The notes beneath the pieces are model-generated. The model had not been told where the DNA came from and made no database searches. It was given only the letters and a program-made list of their open reading frames with translations. A stretch of DNA of 63,108 bases, filler included, from Octopus bimaculoides (lineage: Eukaryota), in NCBI RefSeq assembly GCF_001194135.2. It is 5 parts of 5 records of this genome, joined end to end, with 100 filler letters (N's around TTAATTAATTAA, not from the genome) between each part and the next. Parts side by side here need not be neighbours in the genome. Positions count along the whole stretch, not along the records: positions 23,697 to 43,456 come from NC_068995.1; positions 43,557 to 49,191 come from NW_026296110.1; positions 49,292 to 63,108 come from NC_069000.1; 2 more parts are not named here. One strand, written 5' to 3'. This document shows positions 36,785 to 49,326 of this stretch, piece after piece (position 1 is the stretch's first letter; every line of letters starts with the position of its first letter). A program made the translations under genes and the position numbers.

Positions 36785-38773
36785 TTTTCCATATTCTTGT
36801 GTTTTCTACATAATCATTTTTTTCTCCCATTTNNNNNNNNNNNNNNNNNNNNNNNNNNNNNNNNNNNNNNNNNNNNNNNNNNNNNNNNNNNNNNNNNNNN
36901 NNNNNNNNNNNNNNNNNNNNNNNNNNNNNNNNNNNNNNNNNNNNNNNNNNNNNNNNNNNNNNNNNNNNNNNNNNNNNNNNNNNNNNNNNNNNNNNNNNNN
37001 NNNNNNNNNNNNNNNNNNNNNNNNNNNNNNNNNNNNNNNNNNNNNNNNNNNNNNNNNNNNNNNNNNNNNNNNNNNNNNNNNNNNNNNNNNNNNNNNNNNN
37101 NNNNNNNNNNNNNNNNNNNNNNNNNNNNNNNNNNNNNNNNNNNTTTGGAGGCAAACAGAAACCAGCAACAGTTTCACTAAACAACAACCACAAACAAACA
37201 AACATGTGAAATTGTTGCAAGTTTGTTTGGAAAACATTATCGAGTGAAGATTCACGACAAGACGTCTACTTTTGATGGATGGTGATTTCGTAACCATCTG
37301 GAATTGAAGCAACGAATGAATTAGAACAACAGTTTGGTCGTTCATTCTTTCTGCAACATGTTTATTAGGGGTTTTTTCTCTGTCCTTCTTTATAATGATT
37401 TGTTTTTACACTGCTTCTACAATATCTTTAATATGGTTTTTTTTTTTTTTTCACTTCTACAATATCTCTTTTGTCATTTTTGTGGTTATTACAATATTTC
37501 TACACTACATCAGTTTTTACTGTCGTCCTTCTACGAGATCATTGTTGTGCTTTTTCACCCTGTTTGCATTGTACTTTTGCCTGGACTTCAACAATTACTT
37601 CATTGTCCTTTTTACTACATCTTTTCTGTTTCCTCTGCAAACTCATTCAGGATTTTACACTTTCTCCTTTTCCTTTTCTCTGTTTTATTATTGTCTTTTT
37701 CTTCACTTTTCTGTTGTATTTCTATAATATTTTTCTCATAACATTCATCATATTACGATTTTATACAATCATATTACTATGTATCTGTTTTATAACTTAC
37801 TGTGACTTTATCAGATTTTCATTATATTTTCACTTCAGTTTTACACGTTCAGGAGTAATTTCCAACCTTTTTTTTTCTTTCTTTTTTGCTACTCTGTCTT
37901 TCCCCTATTTTCACTCTCTATTCTCTTTGGTTTCCTTAAGTTTCTACATCTTCATTAGGTTTTATGTTTCAACCATATTTTAATATCTTCCCGCAGTGGT
38001 TTCTATCACATCCTTATAATAGGGATTGTACAATGTTTAGTTTGTATGTCCACTCTCTAATTTGCTCTAATTACAATTACAAGAGCACTCAGAGAGCGCA
38101 AACCTCCGCTAAGGCAACACCAACGTCCTCAGAGATGATTTTTAAAGTGAGAATATTTGAAATAAACTTGACTGCTCTCACAAACGTGAATACTAAAAAT
38201 CTGTATGTTTTTTTTTTAACCATACCTAATGTACCCATTATCATAGAGATTACTTTTCTGTTTTCACTATATCTCAACTACGTTTTTTTACTGTTTCTTC
38301 TATGTTTTAAAAGTATTCTGTACTGTGTTTTTACTCGGCCTTCTTTCTACTACCTTTATACTACGCTTTTACTATTTGATATTCTCCTACATCTTTACTA
38401 TGACTGGACTCTATTTATATTCTATCTTTACTATTATTATCTAACAATGAACCTCCTCTATCTTTTACCGTCACAGTTTTATTCGATTTGCGTTTCTATT
38501 ATATTTTTATTACGCTTCGCCTTTATCCTTTTTGTCACTTCACAATCGTTTTTCTCTGTCGTTTTCCACAATCTCTTTATTGTGTTTCTCTATATCCTAA
38601 CTATAATCTCACTCTTTCTATTCTATTCTAGAGCAGCTTTCCTGTCTTTCTATCATTTCTTTACTATACTTTTACCATGAATAGACTGTTCTTTCTCTTT
38701 TTCCTGTATTCCTAATATATTTATACAATGGTTTTACTGTGTTTGTACTTTATCTTTACCATCATTGTACTCT

Positions 38774-38836
<63 letters not shown>

Positions 38837-38842
38837 GCTTTT

Positions 38843-38940
38843 TTGAACCCCATGTCTTATGAGGCCGGTTACCGATTACCATGAAATACAAGGGACCAAG
38901 AGCACAACGTTTCCCTGAACGGGACCCCAGTCGGTTGCAT
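38843..38940 (-). mobile_element. SINE 3' fragment with a V-like segment
   Basis: Minus strand GCAACCGACTGGGGTCCCGTTCAGGGAAA..AACCGGCCTCATAAG. Confidence 0.45.
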
Positions 38941-39070
38941 TTCTTTATCTTCGCTATTGTTTTATTCTTTCTTTTCTGTGGTTTTACCGGGGCTGAGAAG
39001 AAAAGGAGATGAATTTCTACGCTGATCCCTTATTCCCTTTCTGTACACTCTCTATACAGTGACAGAGTGA

Positions 39071-39116
<46 letters not shown>

Positions 39117-40167
39117 GTCTAAAATCACCTCAATAAACGATTTCTAGTGAGACAAATTAATTTTAAAATTAATACACACACACACACACACACATACACA
39201 CACACACATACACACATACACACGCACGTACATATAGATAGATAGATTTGTCTATTTTCACTGCTCTCGCCCTTAGATATATATGCATACATACATGTGA
39301 GTGTGTGTGTGTACATATATATAATCAGGGATAATTAGGTCGTACTTCGCACTATAAACCTCTACAAATCTCTACATACATCCTTTTGTAGAGCAAATGT
39401 AGAGTAAATATTCATTGCGAGAATTAGAATTCTTAGCTGTGACCAGCCGCTGCGGTCCGTGAATCTTCACACGAGTAGAAACACCACCTTTGGCACCCAA
39501 TACAATATTCACCATTCCATGCATTCTCTCATCATACAAACTTCTCCTTTCACCACCCAAAGACCCCAATGGCCTTCGTGTAAAAAAACATAAATTATCT
39601 TTATGCCGATTGGTTGTTTATTTAATTTCCATAGCAATGGAGAAATGTTATTCTTGAAAGGAATAATGTTTTTCCATTTGTGAAGTGAAAGGAATAAAAT
39701 ATATTCTATCTTTATGCAGCTATTTAATTAATTTATTTAATTAATTATTGCTTTTTTCCCCCTTTCATTGCGACTACAGACCCCCTTAATATTCGATCTG
39801 GCTGGTTCTCTTCGGTAATAAGTGACGACGGACATAAGTATCTAAGAATAACCTGATATTACAGGAAATTATTTACTTTACAGGGAAGGAGACATAGGGA
39901 AAATACATAAAAACAATTCACTTGGAGGAAGTTAGATACGAACCATATTCATTTAGATGTTATCTTTTATATCGAAAAATCTTCGTTGTTCTAACTAACA
40001 CGCTCAAAATAATACATATGCGTATATGCCAGCCCCGTTAACAGATAAAAATAAACAAATAGAAATAGATCAGCCCTTCCTGCTAAACTCACTCACTCCA
40101 CTCAGAACCGAACCAGCCCCAAACCAAACCCGTTGCCTATAAATGCATTAACCATTTCTTCGTTCTT

Positions 40168-40214
40168 CAGTAGCCTGAAGAATTGTCGGCTCGAGATGAA
40201 ACAGCTGGTCACTG
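40168..40214 (+). ncRNA. Degenerate hammerhead-like motif
   Basis: CAGT(agc)-CTGAAGA-ATTGTCG(gct)CGAGAT-GAAAC-AGCTG-GTC-ACTG. The core and GUC are intact, but stem I is offset by 3 nt and stem II is imperfect. Confidence 0.45.
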
Positions 40215-40268
40215 TGACGTGTTATTATTGAACCCTCGTATACCCACAATGCGTGAGAGTGTATGTTA

Positions 40269-40326
<58 letters not shown>

Positions 40327-40639
40327 GTAAATAAAAGACGGCAAATGAGTGGAGAAATGCGAGAGAGAGAGAGGGGGGGAGAAGGGATTGGTAGAAAGTA
40401 TGTTATCTCGGTGAGGAATCAGAGCGTGACATTTATTTGAAATATGTTTTTCGTTCCAGTAATTTCATGAAAATGAAGAAATCTAATGTTTTTAAGGGAG
40501 AGGAATTGTGTTGCAATTAATATCGTAATAGCAATCTCACAACAACAACAACAATCACGGCAAAGCATAACGACCGTCACAACAACCTTCAAAAGAAAAA
40601 AAAGAGAATGATAGCAAACATAGCAACATTGCTACTACT

Positions 40640-41560
40640 GAAGAAAGAGGTCTCTAAGTGGTTGCTCGACATGCTACAAATAGCAGCCAAAGCTCCCTCA
40701 AATCGAATCTTAATGTCTTTAACAAAGCGGGATATTAAGGGTTGCTCATTTAGGACTTATCGGAAGCTAAGCAACAACAAAAACAACAACTACTACAACC
40801 ACTACGACTAAACAACAAAGGAATCTTTACAAGGCTGTTCGACGTGTTAGAAATAGCAGTTAATTCTTCCTCAAATCAAATCCCATTTTCGTTAACAAAG
40901 AAGAATAATTTGAATAATGTTGTCCTAGATGTAATTTCAACCTGGAAAGAAAAGACGGGATGGTCACAGTTGGAGTACCTTTGATTATAATTTGCACAAT
41001 CTGAACTGACCTGGGGCGAAACTACAATAGCAACGGCAGCAGTAACTATGACGACGACGACGACAACGAACCAACATGGACGGCCTCTACGGAGAGAAGG
41101 GGTCGGTCCCATATGCTAGAAACAACAACCAAATCACCTTCAAATTATATTTTATTGATTGTCTTGCGAAAAAAAAAGATACACTGCCTGAAGTATCAAT
41201 GGGATGGTCATGAGTGGAAATGCTTTTCATCATGTCTACACATTTAGAGCTCACTACTACTACTACTACTGCAGCAACCATAACAACTACAGCAGTGAGA
41301 AAGCCTCTACATGGTCGCATAAGGTGCTAGAAATGGCAGCCAGATGTTCCTAAACCATGCCCCACTATTTTGTAAAAAGAAAGGACACACGAGATAATGT
41401 AGACTTCGGTAGAGACGCCTATGATCACAGATCTGCTCGATAAGGGTATACTTGGGGCTAAACGGCAACGAGAAAAACCTACAGCAAACCAATGAAGAAA
41501 ACCACTAAGAGGTCTCTTGACCCGCAAGAAACAGCTGCGAAATACCCCTCAAATCATGCT
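40640..41560 (+). repeat. Five degenerate head-to-tail copies of a short repeat (core TAGAAATAGCAGCCAAA..CCCTCAAATC)
   Basis: Cores at about 40673, 40847, 41115, 41326 and 41524, interspersed with AAC/ACT-type runs. Confidence 0.65.
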
Positions 41561-41799
41561 TTACCGTGTGTAGTCATAACAACAACAACAACAACAGTGC
41601 AATTAACGAGAATAACAGCAACCATACACGTGAGACGAAGGAACAACGTCACAGTTAACAACAACAACAACAAGTATGTGGGGGTGTGGGGGTGCGTGGG
41701 GGTGTGTGCGTGCGCGCGCGACTGTTTCAATAACGCTCGATGTTGGTGAAATACTTTTCAGAATAAATTCTGCTCGTCTTGCATAATCGCGTTCGCCCA

Positions 41800-41831
<32 letters not shown>

Positions 41832-41941
41832 CGTGTGTATGTATGTGTGTGTGTATGAATATGTGTGTGTGTGTGTGTACAGATAGATAGATAGACACAG
41901 ACACAGTGGTTGAGTTAAATGATACACAGATGGATAGATAG

Positions 41942-41975
<34 letters not shown>

Positions 41976-42169
41976 GAGAGAGAGCGAGGAGAGAGAGAGA
42001 GGAGAGAGAGAGAGAGAGGGGGAGAGAGAGAGAGAGGAAGGGAATGCTAACGTTATTCTGGGCCGAGAGAATCTCAGTTATCTTACTGAATATTAATTTC
42101 GAAGAATGAGAATTAGTCAAACTATTCAAAGTAAAAGAAACATCATTATACATATATATGTATGTGTGC

Positions 42170-42212
<43 letters not shown>

Positions 42213-43014
42213 TATATGTACACGCACAATATATGCAGCTGTATGTGTGTGTATGTAGGCTTGTACACACAAAGGCATATCCAGCTACATGCATATACAC
42301 ACGTACGGTTATCTGTACATCAATCTGTTAACTTAATTATCTAAATTCATGCCGTTAGCCCTTTTTTCTTTTAGTTATTTTCCGCAGCCCTTTTTCTTTC
42401 TATTTTTTTAATTTTTAATAATCCAAATTAATCTTATCCAAAAATAGTATTTCTCTTCTATACATGAAATATCCATTTGTTAATCTGTAGGCTAGAGTAA
42501 TCTTTATTACTCTGATGAGCTCAAAATATTCCGAAACATATGTCCATAACTGTCCCCCACTTGCAAGCAAAAATTATAGTGTCTTTTTCTTGTGTATATG
42601 TGTGTGTCTGTGTGTGTGGGCGTGTATCTGTATGTATGTATATATGCACGTATCATACAAAGATTTACACATACATATACATGCAAGCATATATATGCAG
42701 CTAGAACAAGTAATGTGTATATGTATGTATGTATGTATGTATATAGACAGACAGTCAGACAGATAGATGTCAATGTGTGTGTGATGTGTTATATTATATA
42801 TAGAAATATGTGTACATAAACGGGTATGTTTGTATGCATCTATAGATTAACGCTCGCGACTTCACACACATACGTGTACACACATTCACGTGTATGTCTA
42901 TGTGTGTGTGCGCGCGTGTGTTTGTGTGTGTGTATACTTTTTACGTCTGCGTACATATCGCTAATTATTAGTGTGCACAAATGTATAAGAAGGCAAGTTA
43001 TATATGAATGTATA

Positions 43015-43068
<54 letters not shown>

Positions 43069-43419
43069 AAAATCTATCCCTGTATGTATGTATGTATGTG
43101 ACGATAGTATATATCCGTGTGTGTTTGTGTGAAGGTATGTATTAAAGTATGTTAACAACTTTAACATCGCTATTGAAATAACCTTGAGCAGTTATTGTTT
43201 GTGTTGTTGGTATTGATGTTGTTGGTATAGCCTACTTTACTTTAAACTAACATATAACTGTTACATAGCTACACACACTCTGTGAGGTTGGGGATATCTG
43301 ATAGACCAGCTACAGTGGTCCACGACGTCTGCTAATGCATTTACTTGCGTAGATTCTTTCCGTGTTTGCGCGCGGCATAAGCAGGAGTCACTGAATCCGT
43401 TTGTATGTATGTGTATATA

Positions 43420-43456
<37 letters not shown>

Positions 43457-43771
43457 NNNNNNNNNNNNNNNNNNNNNNNNNNNNNNNNNNNNNNNNNNNN
43501 TTAATTAATTAANNNNNNNNNNNNNNNNNNNNNNNNNNNNNNNNNNNNNNNNNNNNTATATATATATATCGATAGCTATATACATATATATATATATACA
43601 CGCATACACACACACATATAATATCATCTAGGTAACAACCTTATAATGTGCATTTAAAAACGTCTCTACGGTTATTGGCTAAAATTTATATATATGCATA
43701 TATATGTATGAGCGTGTGTGTGTGTGTATGTGTATGTATATATATATTACATGCATACAAATATTTACCTT

Positions 43772-43816
<45 letters not shown>

Positions 43817-43841
43817 ATCTGTCTGTAATACATACATACAT

Positions 43842-43911
<70 letters not shown>

Positions 43912-44455
43912 CGTGATAGGTCAGGCTGAACTTACGAAGGCTTGCTGAATTAATGTCGTGATTGTAACTAGATGGCGGCCATTAATACCGGAAGTAGCCA
44001 TTGATCCACAGTTCAACATCCTCAGAACATCATTTTTTAAAATTCACTCTATTTGTCTGTCTGTCCTCGTCTGTTATAACATTTTTTGGCTTTTCCTCGT
44101 TTTACCTATTCTACTAAATTATCATGGCATCGGAATTTTAACAAATATCGCCTTTTCTTACACTTTTCATTCGCTCAGTATTTCTCTTTTCGTATGTTTT
44201 TTATGTTTGTTTTTGTTACTGTGTTTACTTGTTTGTTTGTGTGCTTTTGTGTGTGTGTGTGTGTGTGTGTGTACGTCTACGTGTCTACGTGTATATCTAA
44301 ATTTTTATCTATCTATCTATCACGTGTCTGTCTGTCTGTCTCTGTCTCTCTCTCTCTCTCTCTATGTATATGTATATATATACACATATGTATACACACA
44401 CACACATATATACATACACACACATATATATCATACGTATGTATATACTTATATC

Positions 44456-44513
<58 letters not shown>

Positions 44514-44855
44514 TAAAAATATGTAGTACATGCACAATCGAACGGAAGACAGACACAGAAGGTCACCAACTCATCATCATTTATCAAACACAATTTCGTG
44601 CGTCAAACGCAATTTCGTGCCTTTAACGATACATTGATTCTCATCTGGTGGCACCGGCAGGAGCTGCCGGGAATATGGAACCGAGAACGGACAAACAATA
44701 CATGGATAAGAAACAATATATAAGTGGACGTACGAAAATGAATAAATGTAATTCTGGACGAGACCGTTAGTGGACGGACGTGGGGCAAAAACAAAATAAA
44801 CAAATAGAATGTAGCCTTAGGGCTAGATACAGACGAAGTGTGGGCAACGCTAACA

Positions 44856-45041
44856 GGGGAATCTTAAAGGATTGGAAACAAGGACAACAGGCAGCGAAAC
44901 AGGTTGAAGTGGAGACTAGAGAAGTTACGACCGGTTGTTTCACCGGCCGGTGTAAAAAGAGAGAAAGAGAAAAGGCTGACCACTGGGCACGTGTCAGTAG
45001 CGGAGACACGGAAGGGGACACGGAAGGTAGAGGAGAAACAA

Positions 45042-45103
<62 letters not shown>

Positions 45104-45721
45104 NNNNNNNNNNNNNNNNNNNNNNNNNNNNNNNNNNNNNNNNNNNNNNNNNNNNNNNNNNNNNNNNNNNNNNNNNNNNNNNNNNNNNNNNNNNNNNNNN
45201 NNNNNNNNNNNNNNNNNNNNNNNNNNNNNNNNNNNNNNNNNNNNNNNNNNNNNNNNNNNNNNNNNNNNNNNNNNNNNNNNNNNNNNNNNNNNNNNNNNNN
45301 NNNNNNNNNNNNNNNNNNNNNNNNNNNNNNNNNNNNNNNNNNNNNNNNNNNNNNNNNNNNNNNNNNNNNNNNNNNNNNNNNNNNNNNNNNNNNNNNNNNN
45401 NNNNNNNNNNNNNNNNNNNNNNNNNNNNNNNNNNNNNNNNNNNNNNNNNNNNNNNNNNNNNNNNNNNNNNNNNNNNNNNNNNNNNNNNNNNNNNNNNNNN
45501 NNNNNNNNNNNNNNNNNNNNNNNNNNNNNNNNNNNNNNNNNNNNNNNNNNNNNNNNNNNNNNNNNNNNNNNNNNNNNNNNNNNNNNNNNNNNNNNNNNNN
45601 NNNNNNNNNNNNNNNNNNNNNNNNNNNNNNNNNNNNNNNNNNNNNNNNNNNNNNNNNNNNNNNNNNNNNNNNNNNNNNNNNNNNNNNNNNNNNNNNNNNN
45701 NNNNNNNNNNNNNNNNNNNNN

Positions 45722-45759
<38 letters not shown>

Positions 45760-46203
45760 GAGAGAGATAGAGAGAGAGAGATAGAGAGAAACAGAGAGAG
45801 ATAGAGAGAAAGAGAAAGTGTGCAACGCAATGCACACTTGGTTATGCTTACATTAAGTTGCTCCTATATTCGCGCAACTTCTATATCTAACCTTTCTTCT
45901 TTCTTCTTTCTTTTCTCTCTCTGTCTCTTCCTTTTACTCTCTCTCTCTTTCTCCGTCTCTGTCTCTCTCTCTTTCTCTTTCTCTGTCTCTCTGTCTCTCT
46001 CTCTGTCTCTCTCTCTGTCTCTCTCGCTTTGTTTCTCCTCTACCTTCCGTGTCTCGGCTACTGACACGTGCCCAGTGGTCAGCCTTTTCTCTTTCTCTCT
46101 TTTTACACCGGCCGGTGAAACAACCGGTCGTAACTTCTCTAGTCTCCACTTCAACCTGTTTCGCTGCCTGTTGTCCTTGTTTCCAATCCTTTAGGATTCC
46201 CCT
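44856..46203. repeat. Near-identical inverted duplication (about 44856-45055 vs 46020-46203) across an N gap
   Basis: The reverse complement of 46020-46203 matches 44856-45055 except for a 12-bp indel and isolated substitutions. Confidence 0.9.
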
Positions 46204-46272
46204 NNNNNNNNNNNNNNNNNNNNNNNNNNNNNNNNNNNNNNNNNNNNNNNNNNNNNNNNNNNNNNNNNNNNN

Positions 46273-46303
<31 letters not shown>

Positions 46304-46872
46304 GATAGAGAGAGAGGCTGAGGTTGTGCAAAATACCCGAAGTGCTGCTTTGCTTTCTGCATGATGAACTCACCTTACGTCAGTGTGTCACATGCGGAAA
46401 ATATTGACTTGAAAAACTTGTGGTTATTCTTGGAAGTACAAAATCTCACTTAGGATGTGTTTAAACTCTAAAAACACCAGGAAACGAAGTCGACGGCAAT
46501 GCAATCAGCAAAGCCGAATGTTTGGAAGTTCAAGATAATGCAGCTACGACTGGGTGTTGTATCTAAGGCCGACTAGTAAAAGTAACAGGCATGTTTCAAT
46601 CTTTTTAGATCTTATCAGCGGAAATCTTCTCTCCTTTATATAAATTGGATTAACCAATTTGCATACATGGTACATTCTTGGTTAGTGGTTAGATTAAGAT
46701 GAAAGGAAATTTGAAGGATAAAGGTATCACTGAACTCATTGGACGAGGGCGTAGGAGGAGTAGATAGAAAATCGTTTATTTAATCCTGTCGGTTTCGTGG
46801 TATCAAGTTCGAATATGAAGCGTTGTTCTCTTCCCCGAACAATTTTTAAAATGTTAATGCTGTCTTGTTGTA

Positions 46873-47005
46873 AAGCTTGCATGGTTCCGAGTTCAGTCCC
46901 ACTGCGTAGCACCTTGGGTAAGTATCTCCTACTGTAGCCTCGGTCCGACCAAAGCCTTGTGAGTGGATTTGGTCGACGGAAACTGAAAGAAGCCCGTCAT
47001 ATATG
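46873..47005 (+). mobile_element. SINE family B head (CpGs largely retained)
   Basis: GGTTCCGAGTTCAGTCCCACTGCGTAGCACCTTGGG..GAAAGAAGCCCGTC. Confidence 0.85.
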
Positions 47006-47137
47006 TGTAGGTAAGAAGCTTGGTTCCCTTGACTTCCGGTCTTGCGTGGTGAGTTGGTTTCTTCTGTGAACAGAGGTGGATGTGGGATGGTTGCTCTCCA
47101 TCCAAGAAGGAAAAACAAAAAGAACATTTGAAAATTC

Positions 47138-47900
47138 GCACTGAAGGTTGTTGCCACGCTAGTTTGTAGCGTGGCGAATTAAGAAGCTCAGCTGCGAGGT
47201 AAGACTGATTGTGTTTGGGTCCAGTGGGGACTTGTTGTTTGTTGTATATTTTTTTTACAAGCAGGGAGTCCTTACTGGATTCTATACTTTGGTCTGCCTG
47301 CAGTTGAGCAATTGGTTCACTTTTTAGTGATCAATTGTTCTCACTGAGAGAAATATTGTTTTGGGGGCGTATCTCGCCTCCCAAAAAAGTTGAACTTTTA
47401 TTTGCTTTATGAAAGCAATTTATACAGAGAGAATTGTTCCAGTCGCTGTGTTCCGGGTTTAATTGGAGAACCAACAGGCCTAGAACACCTAGTGGCCGAA
47501 AATTAATGGGTTCTTTTTTGTGAACTGCTTTACGTCGTTGAAGCACTGAATATTGTTGCCACGGTAGTTTGTAGCGTGGCGAATTAAGAAGCTCAGCTGC
47601 GAGGTAGGGCTGTTTGTGTTTGGGTCCAGTGGGGGTGGGGGCTTGTTGTTTGCTGTATTTTTTTTACGAACAAGGAGTCCTTACTGGATTCTATACTTTG
47701 GTCTGCCTGCAGTTGAGCAAATTGATTCACGTTTTAGTGAATAATTGTTCTCATTGTGAGAATCATTTTGGGGTTGTATCCCGCCTCCAAAAAATAGAAC
47801 TTTTTTTGAAAATTCGTAGAAGCTCGCTGTGTTCCGGGTTCAAATTGGAGTACCAACGGACCTGGAGTACCTAAGTGGCCGAAGACTTGTGTTTTGTTTT
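47138..47900 (+). repeat. Tandem duplication, period 405 bp
   Basis: GCACTGAA..TTGTTGCCACG.TAGTTTGTAGCGTGGCGAATTAAGAAGCTCAGCTGCGAGGT begins at 47138 and at 47543. Confidence 0.9.
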
Positions 47901-48996
47901 GGAACTGTTAACGTGTTTCCTTTCCTTCTTTCTTCCACCCTTTCATGGCTTTCTTTTTCTTTTTTCTGAACTGTTTTCCCCTTTCTTTTCCTTTTTCTTT
48001 TTCTTTCTTGGTGAACTATTTATTTGACTTTTTTTTTGCACTTTAACGGACATGGGGAAAAAAGTAGCGATCATGAAGCCACTGTCTTGGAGTGGGAGGT
48101 TGTCCCACCCAAGCAGTGGCTCGCAGAGACAGAGAAGAGGACAGTGGTCTGGCGGACCTATTTCAGGTCACGCAACGCCATTGCCNNNNNNNNNNNNNNN
48201 NNNNNNNNNNNNNNNNNNNNNNNNNNNNNNNNNNNNNNNNNNNNNNNNNNNNNNNNNNNNNNNNNNNNNNNNNNNNNNNNNNNNNNNNNNNNNNNNNNNN
48301 NNNNNNNNNNNNNNNNNNNNNNNNNNNNNNNNNNNNNNNNNNNNNNNNNNNNNNNNNNNNNNNNNNNNNNNNNNNNNNNNNNNNNNNNNNNNNNNNNNNN
48401 NNNNNNNNNNNNNNNNNNNNNNNNNNNNNNNNNNNNNNNNNNNNNNNNNNNNNNNNNNNNNNNNNNNNNNNNNNNNNNNNNNNNNNNNNNNNNGAGGACG
48501 CAGAGATTATCCTCTGTTACCTCAAGGGAGGGCCCATTGAGCTTTATTTGGATTTTGTTTTGGATCGACAACGTTACGATTCGTCCGCTATAAACCATCC
48601 AAGTTGACCTCCGCAGGTGTATGCGGAGGCCATAAATGTCAATGAAGGAAATGAGATTGAAAGGATTTGCGACAAGAAGGACTTCGTCTCCATTAAGTCG
48701 GGCCAGTCAATGCTGGCTTTCCTGCAAGCAGCAGGAGTCATGCTTGGGGGCCCGGATGTAGAGGACTATTGAATTTGATATGATTTGATTTTGTTGTTGC
48801 AATGATGATTTGTATTGAACAAGGTTTTTGAGGGGTTATCGGTCAGCAGGCGCCAGTGCCTCTCCCATTTTTTACTCATCTTTTTGTATTCATTTCATTC
48901 ATTAATGTCCGTGTCCAGCCCGCAGCTTCTTTATATCTGTCTGTCTTTGTTTGTCCCCTCTATGTAATGCCTTTATGGCAAAATTTATGAAATAAA
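47138..48996 (+). mobile_element. Possible degenerate, internally deleted L1/Tx1-like LINE (tandem 5' units, ORF1-like remnant, pyrimidine-rich 3' end)
   Basis: From about 48073 reads MKPLSWS/(frameshift)VVPPKQWLAETEKRTVVWRTY, which recalls ORF1 N-termini of cephalopod Tx1-like LINEs (recall only). No RT motif is visible and an N gap lies inside. Confidence 0.3.
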
Positions 48997-49140
48997 GAAG
49001 CTTGCTTCCCAACCACATGGTTCCGAGTTCAGTCCCACTGCATGGCACCTAGGGCAAGTGTCTTCCACTGTAGCCCAGGCCGAACAAAGCCTGTGAGTGG
49101 ATTTGGTTAACGGAAACTGAAAGAAGCCTGCTGTATGTTT
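48995..49140 (+). mobile_element. SINE family B head
   Basis: AAGCTTGCTTCCCAACCACATGGTTCCGAGTTCAGTCCC..GGGCAAGTGTCTT. Confidence 0.85.
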
Positions 49141-49326
49141 GTGCATGCATGCATGCATGTATGTATGTATGTATGTATATATGTATGTATGNNNNNNNNN
49201 NNNNNNNNNNNNNNNNNNNNNNNNNNNNNNNNNNNTTAATTAATTAANNNNNNNNNNNNNNNNNNNNNNNNNNNNNNNNNNNNNNNNNNNNTATATATAT
49301 ACATGAATGAGAAAAGGAAGAAAATG

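Noticed and set aside
38050-38200. ACAAGAGCACTCAGAGAGCGCAAACCTCCGCTAAGGC, recalled as a dispersed DNA-element terminus
   Set aside because: Single copy in the window, and I cannot support its class or boundaries.
37334-38680. Long hydrophobic ORFs (135-238 aa) resembling membrane or mitochondrial proteins
   Set aside because: They are a product of T-rich low-complexity DNA. Overlapping frames are equally open and there are no family motifs.
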